64,000 nt of DNA from Ramazzottius varieornatus (GCA_001949185.1 BDGG01000013.1:561018-625017), one strand, 5' to 3'. Counted from the stretch's first letter, positions 25,733 through 39,300 are shown. Notes: generated by a model from the sequence alone, not told the origin. Numbers and translations are program-made.

Positions 25733-28700
25733 ATGGAACAGTCGCTGTACACTTTGAAAAGGTGGATAGTTCTCATAACAGTCATTACTTGCTCTGTTCA
25801 TTACTGCGGCCCGCAACCAGCTACCAGCAATCGTTTCAAGCTGCAAGTGTTCTATATTCTCAACGAGAAGGAAACCATTGGTGATCCTAATGGAATTCTC
25901 CGTTCGGCCAATATTAAACCGGTGCTTGAATTAGCCCGAAACCAAAGCAATGCGCGCAACAGCTTTGATATCGAGTGGGTGGAAACTGACTTCCGGGGAT
26001 CTCCTCACGTCAACACATTTAGCTACTGCTTCGATCTAAGAAAGCCAGAACAAGTATGCCGTTTCCACGTGCTTCTTCCAGTTATATTAGGTTTTAGCAT
26101 GTGACTTAGCGATTCGCGGAAGAGACGTTTCGAATAATCAGGTCTCCTGACTCTGGGATCATACACAAGTCAAGTTGCCATCTCCCGTTGGAATTCCGAC
26201 TATAGCTAAAATGAGCTGCAACGTCATTCATGAGCGGAGCAGCTGATCCATCTTCTGAATACAGTACTTGGCCAGCCACCGTGCTTCACACTGTTATGTA
26301 CCTAGCCATATTTCCGATTACGCTCTTTAACGACAATAAGGGCAGCTCCGGAAAGCAAATTACAGTTATACGTACACGCACGAAAAGGAAATTTAGGCCA
26401 GTAAAAATTTCGGGCCAGACGATTCCGAAACAGCGGAACGAAACTACGTATCCACATGTGTAAATCACACCCATGCACTTTTTGGCAGTTTTCTACGGTT
26501 AAATTTTCAAACTTCCTTTCCCTGCGTGTACAGTAACGAAAGGCGCGACCCAAGCCGCTATTACAGTCGGACAGTAAACCGGAGGTGGCATATTGATCGG
26601 TGTGATCATTCACACCTTCTTCTTCTGCAACATAGTTGGTAACTGATTTACTCGTAACCGCAGACCACCTTTTGGAAACTTTTGTGGAACATCGCAAAAT
26701 CATACCTTTAACGATATACGCCAACTTCTGTTCTGTGGCCGGTCTCTATTCATCAGGCCCTATGCATCGACCTTAAATTTTTTGTAATAGGACTACCGCG
26801 CCCTGTCTGCCGTCCTTGGCGGGATTTCGTCCGTTGTTCAGCACAATCAGATTCACGTCATCATCGCCCCGCCCTGCCGTTATGAATTTCAAATGGCAGC
26901 GGACTTGGCAGCATACCTGCACATTCCAATTATTACGGGTGCGAGTGAAACGATACCGCGCATGTACGACTACCCAACGGCTGTAACGTCCAACTATAGT
27001 CCTATGAGCATATGGGCAGGTTTTGTCGCCTTCTGCAAGAAAAACAACTGGTTGGATGTTTTTATTGTCTACGACGATTCAGCTCAGGACGCTTTGACAG
27101 ACCCGGAAGAGCGAGGTAACTACGCAAACGGTCTAGTACGAATGCTGGCTTTGAGAAAAATCAACTCCACGGTGACACGACACATACAAGTGGGTGACGT
27201 GGATCTCAACCTGAAACTACTGAAGACGGTCGCCAGAGGTATGTCTTGGCAGTTCTGCGAGACCACGTATTAACTTAGATGAATTTATTTAACTTCCTTC
27301 TTCTTTCAGTATCTGTTATCCTCTCGAACTCGACAGTCCTTCGGTCGTACATGATGGCAGCATGCAACAGTAGCATGTGCAATGGAGATTACGCTTTTTT
27401 CACCCTGCACCTATTCAAGGATCCAATCTTGAATAATCTCACGCTGGTCAACTGGCAGGCTGGTATTAGTGTCGGCCTTTTTCTGTACTCAGACTGCAGG
27501 TTTCGATTTCGCTCCGTAAAACGTGAAAGTAGCGGAGTTGTCAATGCAAAATCGCACGTGGGGTTGTCATTAGCATAAGGAGAGAACCTGGGTGCTGTGC
27601 TTGTTCACTTTTTTTCTATTGATGACACCTCCTCTATGTAACTCTAAATTGACAATTCCGTTAGTTTTTCCTCGTTACATTAATTTCGTGCTCTTTAGTT
27701 GGGTGGAAACGATACACACAACGCCTCGTCAGACGAGCTGACCATCACCGCCATGGAAGCCATCCAGGTTATCACCGTTTTCGACTACCAAGCCGCCTAT
27801 GCATTCCGCGATGAATTTGAGCACAAGTTTAACATGGCCATCGACGATACCCCCATCACCGGTTACAGCGCCTTCTATTACGACGCTGTAATGCTGATGG
27901 CTAAAAGCGTCGATACTTTATTGAAGGGCAACTACAGCTGGATTCACGAAGACATCTCTCCCACTTTCTTCTACAAACAAGACGGCAAAAGTGGCTTCAC
28001 GCAGGACCTTATCAGGACTATGACCACACCACCGTGGTATGATGGTGCGCAACGGAGCCATGTTACGACGCGCTTCATTCCTCAACGGCTGAATCCGTTT
28101 CGATTTTAGGTGTTACCGGCCCATTGTACTACCACAACTCTACCGCCCGCGCCATCAGTACGGATATCTACGATTATGATAATGCCCAGAAAAATTTTGT
28201 GGTACGGTCTACATTCCGCTGTTGGCGGTGGATGCGGTGACCGTTAAAGTATTAATAGCTACATGTTTCGATAGCTACTTTTGACGGTGACCGCATCCGC
28301 CGCCCATTCTCCACAGTCGACCGACTGAAAATGTCTCCTGGCTTCACCCTCTCAACGCTTGAAAGATACTGTAGAGCAATCGTTTTTATGATTCAGCTCG
28401 CGGTAAATTTCACAGCGAAGACAAATCGGACAATGACGACACGACCCGTAAGATACCCAGGAACCAAGGTGCCATCGAAACCCGTCTGTGGATATGACGA
28501 AGCCAGCGCCGGGTGCAACGATCTGAGTAAGCAATCACCTGAAACGTCACCGCGAGAATCAGTTCCAAATCCTCACGTCGTTGGGTGGCCCAGCTCAGGC
28601 TCAGTAAAATACCCGAGCGAGTTTACGCGATCCGTGCTGCAGTATAACGAACTGTACGAGGTACTTTCGCTTTGCAGAGACAGACGATATCATCGGGATT

Positions 28701-31567
28701 GTAGCTGGCAGCACCTGCGCACTACTGGCTGTGTTGGCCGCCATTTTAGCCCGTCGGCGATATACCAGAGAGAAAGCTGCATCGCGTTCTTGGATGATCA
28801 AGTTCGAAGATGTCCAGTATCCACGCGACGTTCAGGAATGGCTGCGCCGGCGCTACACCATCATCGACGACGGTGCGGGAGGCCTGGCTGTGTCCGAAGC
28901 AGTGCGCATGGCCAAGAAGGCCATTTCGGGAAAGGACAGCGGTGGAAAGTTGGCACCAGATGATGAAGTGAGGCGCACCACGCTCGGCCCCGGAAGAACT
29001 ATCAGCCACAAACACGGCATTGTCAAAAGCCAGCCGGTGACCATCCGGTACTGCCACAAGGACTTGGTACCTATTGTACCCAGGGTTCTGCGGGAAGCCA
29101 AGTTGATCAGGAGCTTGAAGCCTAATGACAACATCATGCAGTTTGTCGGTGCTAGTGTTGAATGGAAAAAAGTGGCAATTTTCTACGAATATTGCTCCAA
29201 AGGCACTTTACAGGTTCGTTAAAGACGATACAGTAATAATCCTCAGTTCATGAATACGTCCCAGCAAATTCAGTCTAACAGAGAGTGTGCGGTAAACGTC
29301 AAACGCTATTTCCGTTGGTCAAGCAAACTTAAATAACAACCAAAGGTACCGATCAACCGCACGGCAAGTTTGTCACGCGACGTTGTAATGACGCACATGT
29401 TCGCCAGACGCAAACAACCTATCATACTAGCTTGCTCAGCCTTGTAGAAAGAGCCTCAGTGACATATCCAAGAAGTGGGGACTAACACTGTATTCCGCCC
29501 CCGTGATATGTCACCAGCAAAAGTGGAAAAAAACCAACTTGGTGGACAAATGATTTAATTGGGCTCTGTATCGGCATTTTGTTTCAAAGGATTTGCTAGC
29601 GAACACGCAGCTGAAACTGGACTGGGTCATGCGCATCTCCATCACGACAGATATTCTTCGCGGTCTGGCCTTTATCCACCAATCTCCCCTTGAGGCCCAC
29701 GGGCGCCTGACGTCCAAATGCTGCTACATCGACGCTCGGTTTGTCCTCAAGATCGGCGACCATGGTCTACCCAGCTTCTTCTCACTGAACGCCGATGAGA
29801 CAGAAGAGCTGAAAGATACCGGTGACATCTGGCAGATGCTGCTGTGGACTGCCCCTGAACATATCGGCATGATGCTGGGCCAGTCCTACGTTCACAAGCC
29901 CACGCCCACCTCTGAGCCTTTGCGCATCAGCATGCTGGAGAGAACGCCGGGCTTTTGGGCCAGATGCTTCAAGAAGAACAACAGCATCTATCCAGGTATC
30001 ATTGACCGGGAAGCCTATGTGGCCACCTCGCTGAAGATGGGAACCAAGCAGGGAGACATCTACAGTTTTTCCATCATCTTCACCGAGATCATCACGCTGG
30101 GGAAACCGTATGGCATGTACTTGCCGTACATGACTGCTGAAGGTAATCAGCTTATAGTTCCACTTTCAGTAATGTGTTTTGTACCATAACACTAAGGCGA
30201 CGTTTAGAGATCGTGACCAAAGTCAGGGACCGTCTAAGTCAAGTCAACCCATTTCGTCCGGACATCAGGGCAGAAGACTGCGCCCACCCGGAAATACTAT
30301 ATCTCTTGGAACGATGTTGGAATCAGAGTTATAACCATCGGCCTTCCATCATCCAAGTTCGAGCAAAGATGAAGGACATCGGCGACGACATGTATGTCCA
30401 CTTACTGTATCTTGGCTGGTCTCTGCGCGTCATCCGAGGACTGTGTGTGTTTTAGGGGGCTTAGCGGTAAAACAGCATCGGTTATGGACATTATCCTGAC
30501 TCAGATGGAGGAACAAGCGGCTATTTTACAAGCTACTATAGTCGAGAAGACAAAGATTATGGAAGCGGAGAAGACCAAGACATTCCAGCTCTTCTCTCAG
30601 ATTCTTCCCCGGTCAAGAACATGCCTATCTTCGATTCCCAACTCACTTCACGTGTAACGTAGTTCCCTTTTGTTTTCAGGACGATCGCTGAAAGACTACG
30701 GCACGAGGAAGTCATCTCCGCCGAGCTGTACGATATTGTGACTGTCTTGATTTGCGACGTGGAGAATTTCGGTGATATCGTGGCCGAATGTACGCCAACT
30801 GAGACCATCGAATTCGCCGGCGACCTCTTCAGCTATTACGAAACCAACATTGCCGAGTTCGAATGTATCAATGTGGACTTTTACAACACCCTTGTACTGG
30901 TGAGTCGGTCCCTGCTAGTTTATCTGGCAAACGGAAGCTTGACTGGAAGACATAACCAACTTTTCCTGTACATAGGTGGCGTCAGGGTTACCGGTTCGAA
31001 ATGGCATCTTCAACGCGCGTGAAATCGGTAGATTGGCCTTGTCTTTGCTTTTCAACACTATCACGTTCCGGCCTCGGCATGATACGAGTGAGCGGTTGAA
31101 ACTGAAAATGGCTGTCCACACCGGACCGGTCTTTGCTGGGATAGTAGGCGAACTCAACCCGCGATACAGTGTTTTCGGCGAGACCATCTTTGTGACGCAT
31201 CGACTACTAGCTGTAACCAAAGGTAACCAACTTGGCCTACCTGACCAGGTCTGGGGCGCGACGCTAGGTGTCGACCTGATTTTATGGGGTTGTTTTTAGG
31301 CTTTACCATTCGATGCAGCGCATCAGCTCAAAATTTGATGGAAACCTTTGGAAGCTTCGTCTTGAGCCGAATGGACGAGATCTTCATCAAGGGCAAAGGC
31401 ATGCAGCCCACGTATCAGCTCTTTGGAGAAAACGGTAAATGCAAACCTAGACTTTGTACGGTACCAACAGCAAACCAAAAGTTGACCTTCCTTTGCCTCC
31501 AGCGAGTCCCGCCATGCAGCGTCTGGAAGCGGATTTTCGGGCAGTATACCCCGATAGTGGGCTCTGA
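25733..31567 (+). CDS. Full-length receptor guanylyl cyclase-like protein B with a degenerate cyclase active site
   Basis: Exons approx. 25733-26053, 26791-27238, 27310-27458, 27699-28043, 28110-28201, 28397-28526, 28677-29213, 29590-30142, 30208-30391, 30456-30611, 30680-30899, 30976-31222, 31301-31434, 31503-31567. Signal peptide, ANF ectodomain (IAPPC, PVCGY), TM IIGIVAGSTCALLAVLAAILA, KHD (EYCSKGTLQD, HGRLTSKCC, WTAPE, GDIYSF), cyclase fold (VASGLP, HTGPVFAGIVG, KGKG). No stops seen after splicing. Confidence 0.92.
26170..26592 (+). mobile_element. GTTGCCAC-family MITE with a nested TA-flanked CACGCACG MITE (26375-26528), in intron 1 of gene B
   Basis: Similar to 40050-40300 and to the reverse complement of 56941-57178; insert reads ta|cacgcacg..cctgcgtg|ta. 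Confidence 0.7.
28224..28304. repeat. Intronic hairpin / mini-MITE
   Basis: ggcggtggatgcggtgaccgttaaagta versus tacttttgacggtgaccgcatccgccgcc. Confidence 0.6.
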
Positions 31568-31819
31568 CGAAACCGACGGCTGCAACACTCTCAGCCGAAG
31601 GGGACAGCCGAACGTAGAAAACTGTCAACGAGTTGACGAGACTCGCGCCATGATGCGAATCTGCGCTAATACTTCATGGTTTTATAAGCTGCAGTTGGAA
31701 TTCTGTATTCCCTTCACAAATCATTCTTGCTGGTCATCATCGTTCTAGCTTAACATAGCGATCCTCCAACTTGCACTTCAAATGCTTACGAACAAAACAA
31801 ACGAATCAATCAAAACAAA

Positions 31820-32287
31820 TTAACAGGCAGGTAGTCGTTCGCGCCAATACGGGAAGCGTGGTGCGCGACGGAAGGCGTTCTCGGCTGAGATGATCCAACA
31901 ACAGTTAGCGTTCCAGTAGTCATCGAATACGCCTCTAACGCAAAGAAATGCCATCGTCAGGCACAGTGTCCGAAATATTCAATACCCATTCCGGTTTCAT
32001 GATACCAAAAATGGTGGTTCTTACTGTGTGCAGTATTGCTGCCATGAGCCGAACTCTGCAGGATACATCTTGCAGGTAAAGTATGGTGTCTTCTTCCAGT
32101 TGGCCGAGCGGGCTTTGGGGCAGTCGTCAACGTATTCTTCCTGGTCCCGGAGCTTCATGAGTTCTGCTTGTGCCTTGAATCTTTCCATCAGGGCAACCGG
32201 ATCATTCATGTCCACACCATCAAATATGTCTCCTTGCACAAAGGCTAACAAAACCACCAACAGCATCGACTTTATCAAGTAGATCAT
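31820..32287 (-). CDS. Small secreted 6-Cys protein, 125 aa, 2 exons, unknown family
   Basis: Exon 1 32025-32287 (signal MIYLIKSMLLVVLLAFVQG), 90-bp GT-AG intron, exon 2 31820-31934 (QGVFDDYWNANCCWIISAENAFRRAPRFPYWRERLPAC*). Confidence 0.75.
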
Positions 32288-32698
32288 GATGTTGAGCTGT
32301 CACAGATCTTCTCAGGAGTATATACAACACGGGTGTATGGCTCCGAGATTTTTGAGTACGACTATACTAGTCGTTTGTCGTTAGTACAATGATCGGCAGA
32401 ACTTTTAAAACGGGATTTTTGGTTTATCCGACAGATTCAACCTCATTACGGTTGGAGTCTCATAGCGCGCATACTTTCCCGTTCCCTCAACAAACCATCT
32501 AAACATGGTCTTCCGGTTGCTAGACAGCTGACAAATTTCCTTCGTTCAAACTTCTACGGTGAAATGCCGAACAGAAAAGAATGCACACAAAAGCAGGAGA
32601 CTAGCAACAAACTTCAATCCTCGAAACTAAACTATCTAGTCATCAGACATCACTTTCAGACTAGGAAGAAATTCTCCACAGTATTTTTTGGCTCATGC

Positions 32699-35600
32699 TC
32701 ATTTCTTTCCATCGTAACCTTCGTTGTCATACATGTACAAATTCGGTCCTCCATTTTCGTGAAGTTTCACAGACGAGAAAGTGAAGTCAGTTGTCACAGC
32801 GTTTGCAGTGTAGCCTTCCATGATTTCATCTGGCCATAAGCTCTGATGGAATTTCTGCAACCAATACCGCACCATGAAAACCAGATCGAGAACTGAATAT
32901 CGACTCTCAGATTTTACCTCCGCCAAAGTATTGCCTTTTGCTTGGTAGACAGCAACGATAGCCCATATGGGCAGCTGGATGATGGACACCATAGCTAAGA
33001 CCCAGCCAAGCCCATCCGCAAAAGCCGGAAGGTCGCCTCCGTGGTTTAATGGCGTGTAGAAGGCAAATGACATAACAAGAACGATCTGCAGCCAAAATTA
33101 TCAATACAAGAGCGTGTGAAAGAGAAATTGTCGAGGTTAGACTTTTTGAGCTTACGATGACAGTCAGTGGAGCCAGTAGTCCCCAGGTGGACCTATGCAA
33201 GATAAAATCATGGCAAAGGCTCTAGGTGTTGCTCTTAAAACTGACTGAAGTCACTTACGTCCAGTAAATGTTAAACTTCCGGTCGAGCATTCCCTCAATG
33301 TCATCCAGAAATCTTCGGAGTCCATACACCCACGCTAATATCATTAGCTCTAATAGAGCGGGGAAGAGAACACTGAAACCTCCAGCGTACGAATCGAAAA
33401 TCAGAAAAATTTCGACACCTCCCTGTGAAGAGACGACGCACCTTTATCTCGCCTCTCTCATTTCATCAATATGGTTTATGTGCCTTACTTGCGTCACAAA
33501 AGGTATTCCGACGAGGAAGCAAACGAAGCATGTTAATCCGCAAACCATCGGCTTTTTCTCCCGCAGTTTTGGCCATTCATCGTAAAAGATTGTCAGGACA
33601 GTTTCCAATGCACCGATTTCGGAACCTAATCCAATGGTATAAAGCCTGTAATACAGCAAGTGTATAAAGCAAACCGAAGACCATGGCCAACCGGTATGCG
33701 GTCGCGCAACTGCCCAACTCACATGACGAAAAACAAGATGGACCACAAATGGGGTACAGGCATCCGATTGAATGCTTCGGGGAAGGTAACAAATGCCAGA
33801 CCAGGGCCTTCTTCCGCTACCACATCAATTCCCACATTCATCTGACGAGCCAAGTATCCCAGCACGGAAAACATGGCCACTCCGGAGATAACACTGGTGG
33901 CGGTGTCTGCCACCGACACAATCATTGCATCTCTGAGAACAGTAACAAGTGACTTGCAAAGGGGGAAAAGAAATTAATGTACGGATGGAGTTCTCCTACT
34001 GGTAGCAGTTGTTGTTTCTTTTATTGTATGATCCCAGCATGACCAACGCTCCGAAACCGACAGACAGCGAGTAGAACATCTGTTCCGCCGCATTTCTCCA
34101 GGTCTAAAATAATTACAGGTTTGTTGTCACAGTCCGTTCTTGAGAGCCGAGCACCGCATAAAGCACTTACTTCAACGTCCAGCAGTTTATCGAACTGAGG
34201 GTAAATGAAATATTTGATACCATCCGCCGCCCCTTCCAGGGACGCACCTACAAGACGGCGCAAACAACTCGGTGCACTTTATCCCAATTCTAGTCTTACC
34301 ATACAAAAAAGATGCAATGAGTGACGCCTGCTGACGTCTTTGTCTACAGTAACTTACCTCGTCCAAGGATGATGAAAAGAACGATGAATGGCAATGTGGA
34401 AGTGACGTAGACGACCTTGCCGGCGGTCTTGATACCCTTGAAAATCAGACGGAGAATATTTTTAGTACACTGTAAAATCTGTGGGCCACTATGCTGATGA
34501 CTGGATACAGTAGATGATGCAAACTTACCTTGACCAAAGTGAAGAAGATGACGACCCAAGAACCGGCCAAATTAGCCAGCAATATCCAGTTAACGTCCCC
34601 CATATCGCCCAACCCGTATGACTTGGTATCCCCTTTCTTATACTTTTGCAAAATAACCCTGTCGTAGTACTGCTGGGATACCGAGTACTTTTTCTCCTTT
34701 ATCTCCGTGCCGTTAAAGAATTCCAACACCGGCACATATGGGCTCATCACCGAAATATCGGTCTGGTTGACGTAATTCACCGGTACGCACGTTTCATAGT
34801 GCGCCCATTCATTATGGCAGAAATGATCACCCCATGGCACATCTTCACCTTTGAATGCTGATATCAACGTCACCCTGAAAGAATAGTGTCAGACACGACC
34901 GATAACCAGTAAAACTAATGAGCGTTTTGATAATACACAAGACGCAGACCTGATACCAGAAATAGTATGACGTCCATGCCATGATGACCACTAGAACAAC
35001 AGAAAACTCTGCGTCGGAAATGGGTCATTGGAAATCACTTCACTGAATTCGTTTCTAAAGTGGCGCACTCATCTATTCAATAACAACGGGACAGTGCGCC
35101 ACTGGGCATAACGATTTGGGTAAAATAATTTCAGTACTGCACGTTCCAAGTGCAGATCGATCAACCAATCAATCGAGACCCCAAAGAGCGGGCAAAATTG
35201 CTTACCGTAGTACATTGAAATCATGGCTTGGATGATACATTGTGCGATACCGATGCCTCGCCCTATTGGGGAGACTTTCTTCCATATCGTGACCGGCCCT
35301 TCTTGATGATACTGACCGAAGGCCATCTCCATGAAGTACATGGGTCTCCCGCACAAGAAGAGAATAATGAGGTACGGTAGAAGAAAGGCACCGCCTCCGT
35401 TTGAGTAAGCCAGATATGGGAAGCGCCAGACATTGCCGAGGCCAACCGACATGCTGATGCAGGAAAGGACGAACTCGGCCTTGTGGTCCCATTGCACTCG
35501 GGCTGGTGTATTCGGGTCTCCTTCGGTCTGCGTTTCGACTTGGCCACTGCTCGGTGGGATCGTGGTGGCTACAGTGGAAGTGATGGTTGTCAGCTCAAAT

Positions 35601-35724
35601 GATCCCTTTTTACCCTGTCAACGAGTACGATTGCTAAACATGAAAAATTCCCGTCGATGCTGAGCGGCAGATTTCTCACGCTGCCAAAGGTTCAGGATCG
35701 TAAACAACACATAAACCATACCAT
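32699..35724 (-). CDS. SLC6 sodium:neurotransmitter symporter, nutrient amino acid transporter (NAT)-like
   Basis: [40 protein letters not shown]; [11 protein letters not shown]; [11 protein letters not shown]; [12 protein letters not shown]; TIGLGSEIG. About 12 exons; the first coding exon is ATG only (35722-35724). Confidence 0.93.
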
Positions 35725-36329
35725 GTTTGATAACAGAGCGGCCTTCACAGACAGAAGCTGAAGTCTAAAGATATGGAATCGGGGAACGTTGCAGAAGAAG
35801 TCACTTTGCTCACCGGGATGCGGTTGTATGGGTGAAACGAGCCGGAGGAAGGCTTCTGCTGTTCTGCATCTAGGAGCGGTTGGCGTTCGCTGGAAGATAA
35901 TCTAGCTTTTAACCTGAATATGGTCGAGTAGCCTAGATGCTGCGTACAGTTAGTCCGAGCAATACGAAACTACGAGTCTATGTGGCTATAATATGGGTCC
36001 AGTCATAGAAAGATATTGGTTTACGTAAAGCCATTCCAGAAAGCACGATAATCCGAATACTTCTGCGCAACCATACGGCATATCTAAAACAAAGGAGCTA
36101 TTCGATGAGGCCAGCTTAGCCTAAACGGCCATTATCATACACAGTGAAAGGCGGCGTTCCGTATCTTTTACTGCTTGCTATTATCTACCGTTGCACGACA
36201 AACAAACGCATAATCACTCCATGCTAGGAATCATGAATGGCCACACTAGGCCGCCGCGGAAAATACCCGTGAGTTGAACAACATCGAACGATCATCATCG
36301 AGAGAACTGAAAAATCTGCCACTCAATCT

Positions 36330-39300
36330 CTAGTGCAACCTCGAATAGAAGGTGAGCTGCTCTTGTTGCAAATGTATCGAGCTGAATAATGTTCGTTCCC
36401 TTTGATAAACGGCGTACCTAATAAGGACATCTGTTATTTCTTTGCTGAAACAGGCTTTGCTGAGACTATATATAGGTTAGTTCCGGCAACAGGGTTCTTA
36501 CCTTATCGCTGTCATGATAAATATTCCGAACAGAATGATCAAAGCTGACAAGATGTAGAGAAGAAGACTGAGAATAGATGCGTCCCCTACCGGAAACATG
36601 ACCCACTATACCTCAAATGCCAACAAATGAAACTAGGGAGGATTTGTTTTGACGTTTTTCACAGCTATTCATCGTACCATTTTTCCCACAGTAACCTTTG
36701 TCACCACTAAAACCACACCTGGGTTCATTCATCGGAACCACTCCATGAGGCCAGCTAGGCTCTCTGCCAAATAGCTCGACAATTCGCCTTCGCTGTCCGT
36801 CTAACAACAAGACTTTCTGCGAGTAATACTTCAAATGGTATGTTACACGGTGAGAACCATTCAATCACGCTGCACGCAAACCTGGAACTCTCCCGAACTG
36901 TTATCAAATTGGTTTAGTTTGTAATCGGGAGTCTTTCGTCCCTTTTCATCGATGTATACTTTTCCTCCCGGAGAATAGAAAGCTTGGTAGAAGAAACATC
37001 GTGCAAATCTTTCCCCGTCCCACAATGAGGACGAAGCAGGGCCTGCGCCGACAGAGTCCAGGAAAAGTCCCAACTTCTGTTGGTGGCGAAACCTCGTTGT
37101 CGTGAGTGAGCGAGTAAGAATACCCTAACTATGCATTGACTTACCTGTCCGATCAACCCAACGATCTCGTAGGCCGAAAGCAAGCTGACTGGAACCTGAA
37201 ACAGACCTGAAACCTCACGAACTAGGATAGATCACACGTGAAGTCTAAATTAGAGCTATTAAAAACCAGACCAGGCCACTTAGAAAGAGGTTTATATCGT
37301 TTATGTGGTTCGTGGTTTGACATCCAAGCCGAACCACCTCAAACCATATAGCATCTCAAACCGGTTTCGATCTCACGCCAAACCATATGAACCACTGGTT
37401 TATGTGGTTTAATATGGTTCGCGGTAAAGGGAAATTTCATACGAAATCTACAGGTTCTGTGCTAGAAGTGGGGCCGAAATTGGCCGTCCGACAGTGTCTA
37501 TCTTTTTCCCCCCACTGCCACCGTCCGCAACCACATCGTTCTGAGTTCCACGTGATGCACAGCCTTAACTGGGTGAGCACTGTGTCATAAGCTGCGCGAC
37601 ATCAGAACTACGCCTTCCGTCAGGTAAAAATCACAGTTCCGGCAGTGTTGAACAACACTGCTGGTGGAGAAATGATTGCACTACCGGATGGCTTGCCATG
37701 GTGCTTTTTTAATTCCAACACGCGCCAGTTTTGCCTGTTTGCGTCTATTTGTAGAGAAACCAGCAACGGTCGCTCAACTTCTTATGTCCTCGGTGGTTAT
37801 TTTCGTTGATTAGTCAATTGAAGGAAACTATGTCAGAATTTACTATGTACTGGTGATCAAAAACCTGTTCGCAAACCGGTTCAAACCGATGGTTTATGTG
37901 GTTTGCTTTAAATGGTCTGGTTTGGAGTTTAGACCAGACCACTTTTGGTGGTTTGCGGGAGAAACCATCTTCATTTAACCGGTTTGGCATGCAAACCACC
38001 ACTTAAACCAAACCAAACCAAACCAAACCATATGGTTCAAACCGCTAACAGCTCTAGTCTGAATATTCCTCACCGTTGCGTTCCTGTCGAAAGACGTTTC
38101 GATCCGAGTATGGTCTCGTAGTAGTCTGCTGATCTCCTGGTTGTCGTCCGACGTTACACTTCTGGCCATTGTAGAGACATCCACTGACGTATAAATAACC
38201 GAGTGGAACGCTGGGCGAGCCAAAGCGTCCAGTGAGTCGTTATGACACCAACGCAATGGTGGAAAACCACGGAGCTTCCACCAGAGGTTGCATAAGCACA
38301 TACACCTGTGACACATTGCGGGCTTTTGGAATTGCTCGTACCGACGCCGTCCTATACTGAATCATGTTTGGCTTCACTTACGAATTCGTTACTTGCCATG
38401 TTGAGTTTCTCGGTTTCCACCTGCAATCAATCGATACGTGGACAAATATTCTTCCCTCTTACCGTCTTCGGCAAACAGGCACGGTCGCCACCAGCGATTA
38501 GCTTTACCAGAAGTCGTCGTGTGGTCGAAACATGCACCATCGGTATGGCAACTGCGAGATCAAAACAAGACAGAAAATTCTCTGTTTGAGTCGAAGTCAT
38601 TGAACTGCATGCCCACTTCACATTTAACTTACTGCGTGTCTTCTTCCGTATGGAATTCAGCATGCGGGTATAGTCGCTGGTGTTCTGAGTACTGCCAGCA
38701 AACCTGATATCGTGAATTCTGAAGGTGTCGGTTGGCAGGGCTTTATGTAACTCGCCACACATTACCCGGTAGAATATGTTACCCAGCGGTTCACCAGTAT
38801 CGCACAACAGAGCGAATGTGGTCCACTTGTAACGATGTAGCAAGCTAGGGACAAAGCTCTGTATGAGCGCATTGTCGATGGCAGTAGCGGACAAAATGGT
38901 GGGGTACAGAGACTTGTCGGCAATCGCCTCCGGAAAGGTGCCAGCCCTACACAATTAATGGCGTTCACATGAGATGGAAAAAACCAGAGTAAGGAGGGTG
39001 AACCTACACGTAGACAAGTGGGACACTGAGACCTGTTCAAATGTTCATAAGTTAAACGATTGCTCAATCAACCGAAAAAAAACGCCAGCTCGGCAGCCAC
39101 AACACTTGTCATTTTTGCTCGAGACTGCGACCGTTGAGCACGGGTACATATCTGGATCAACTAATCAACGACTGGACTTGCTGGTGATAAGCGGTGCCAC
39201 CGCCAAAAGTTCCGGGGCTCCCACTGTAAGATCAAGTGCCGTCAGTCTCGTACGGCAACATTCGGCAGCACGGCTAGGAACCGCGACTTACTGAAAGAGA

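Noticed and set aside
37870-38040. Telomere-like (AAACC)n tract
   Set aside because: It lies within a hAT-type element with a TSD, so these are subterminal motifs.
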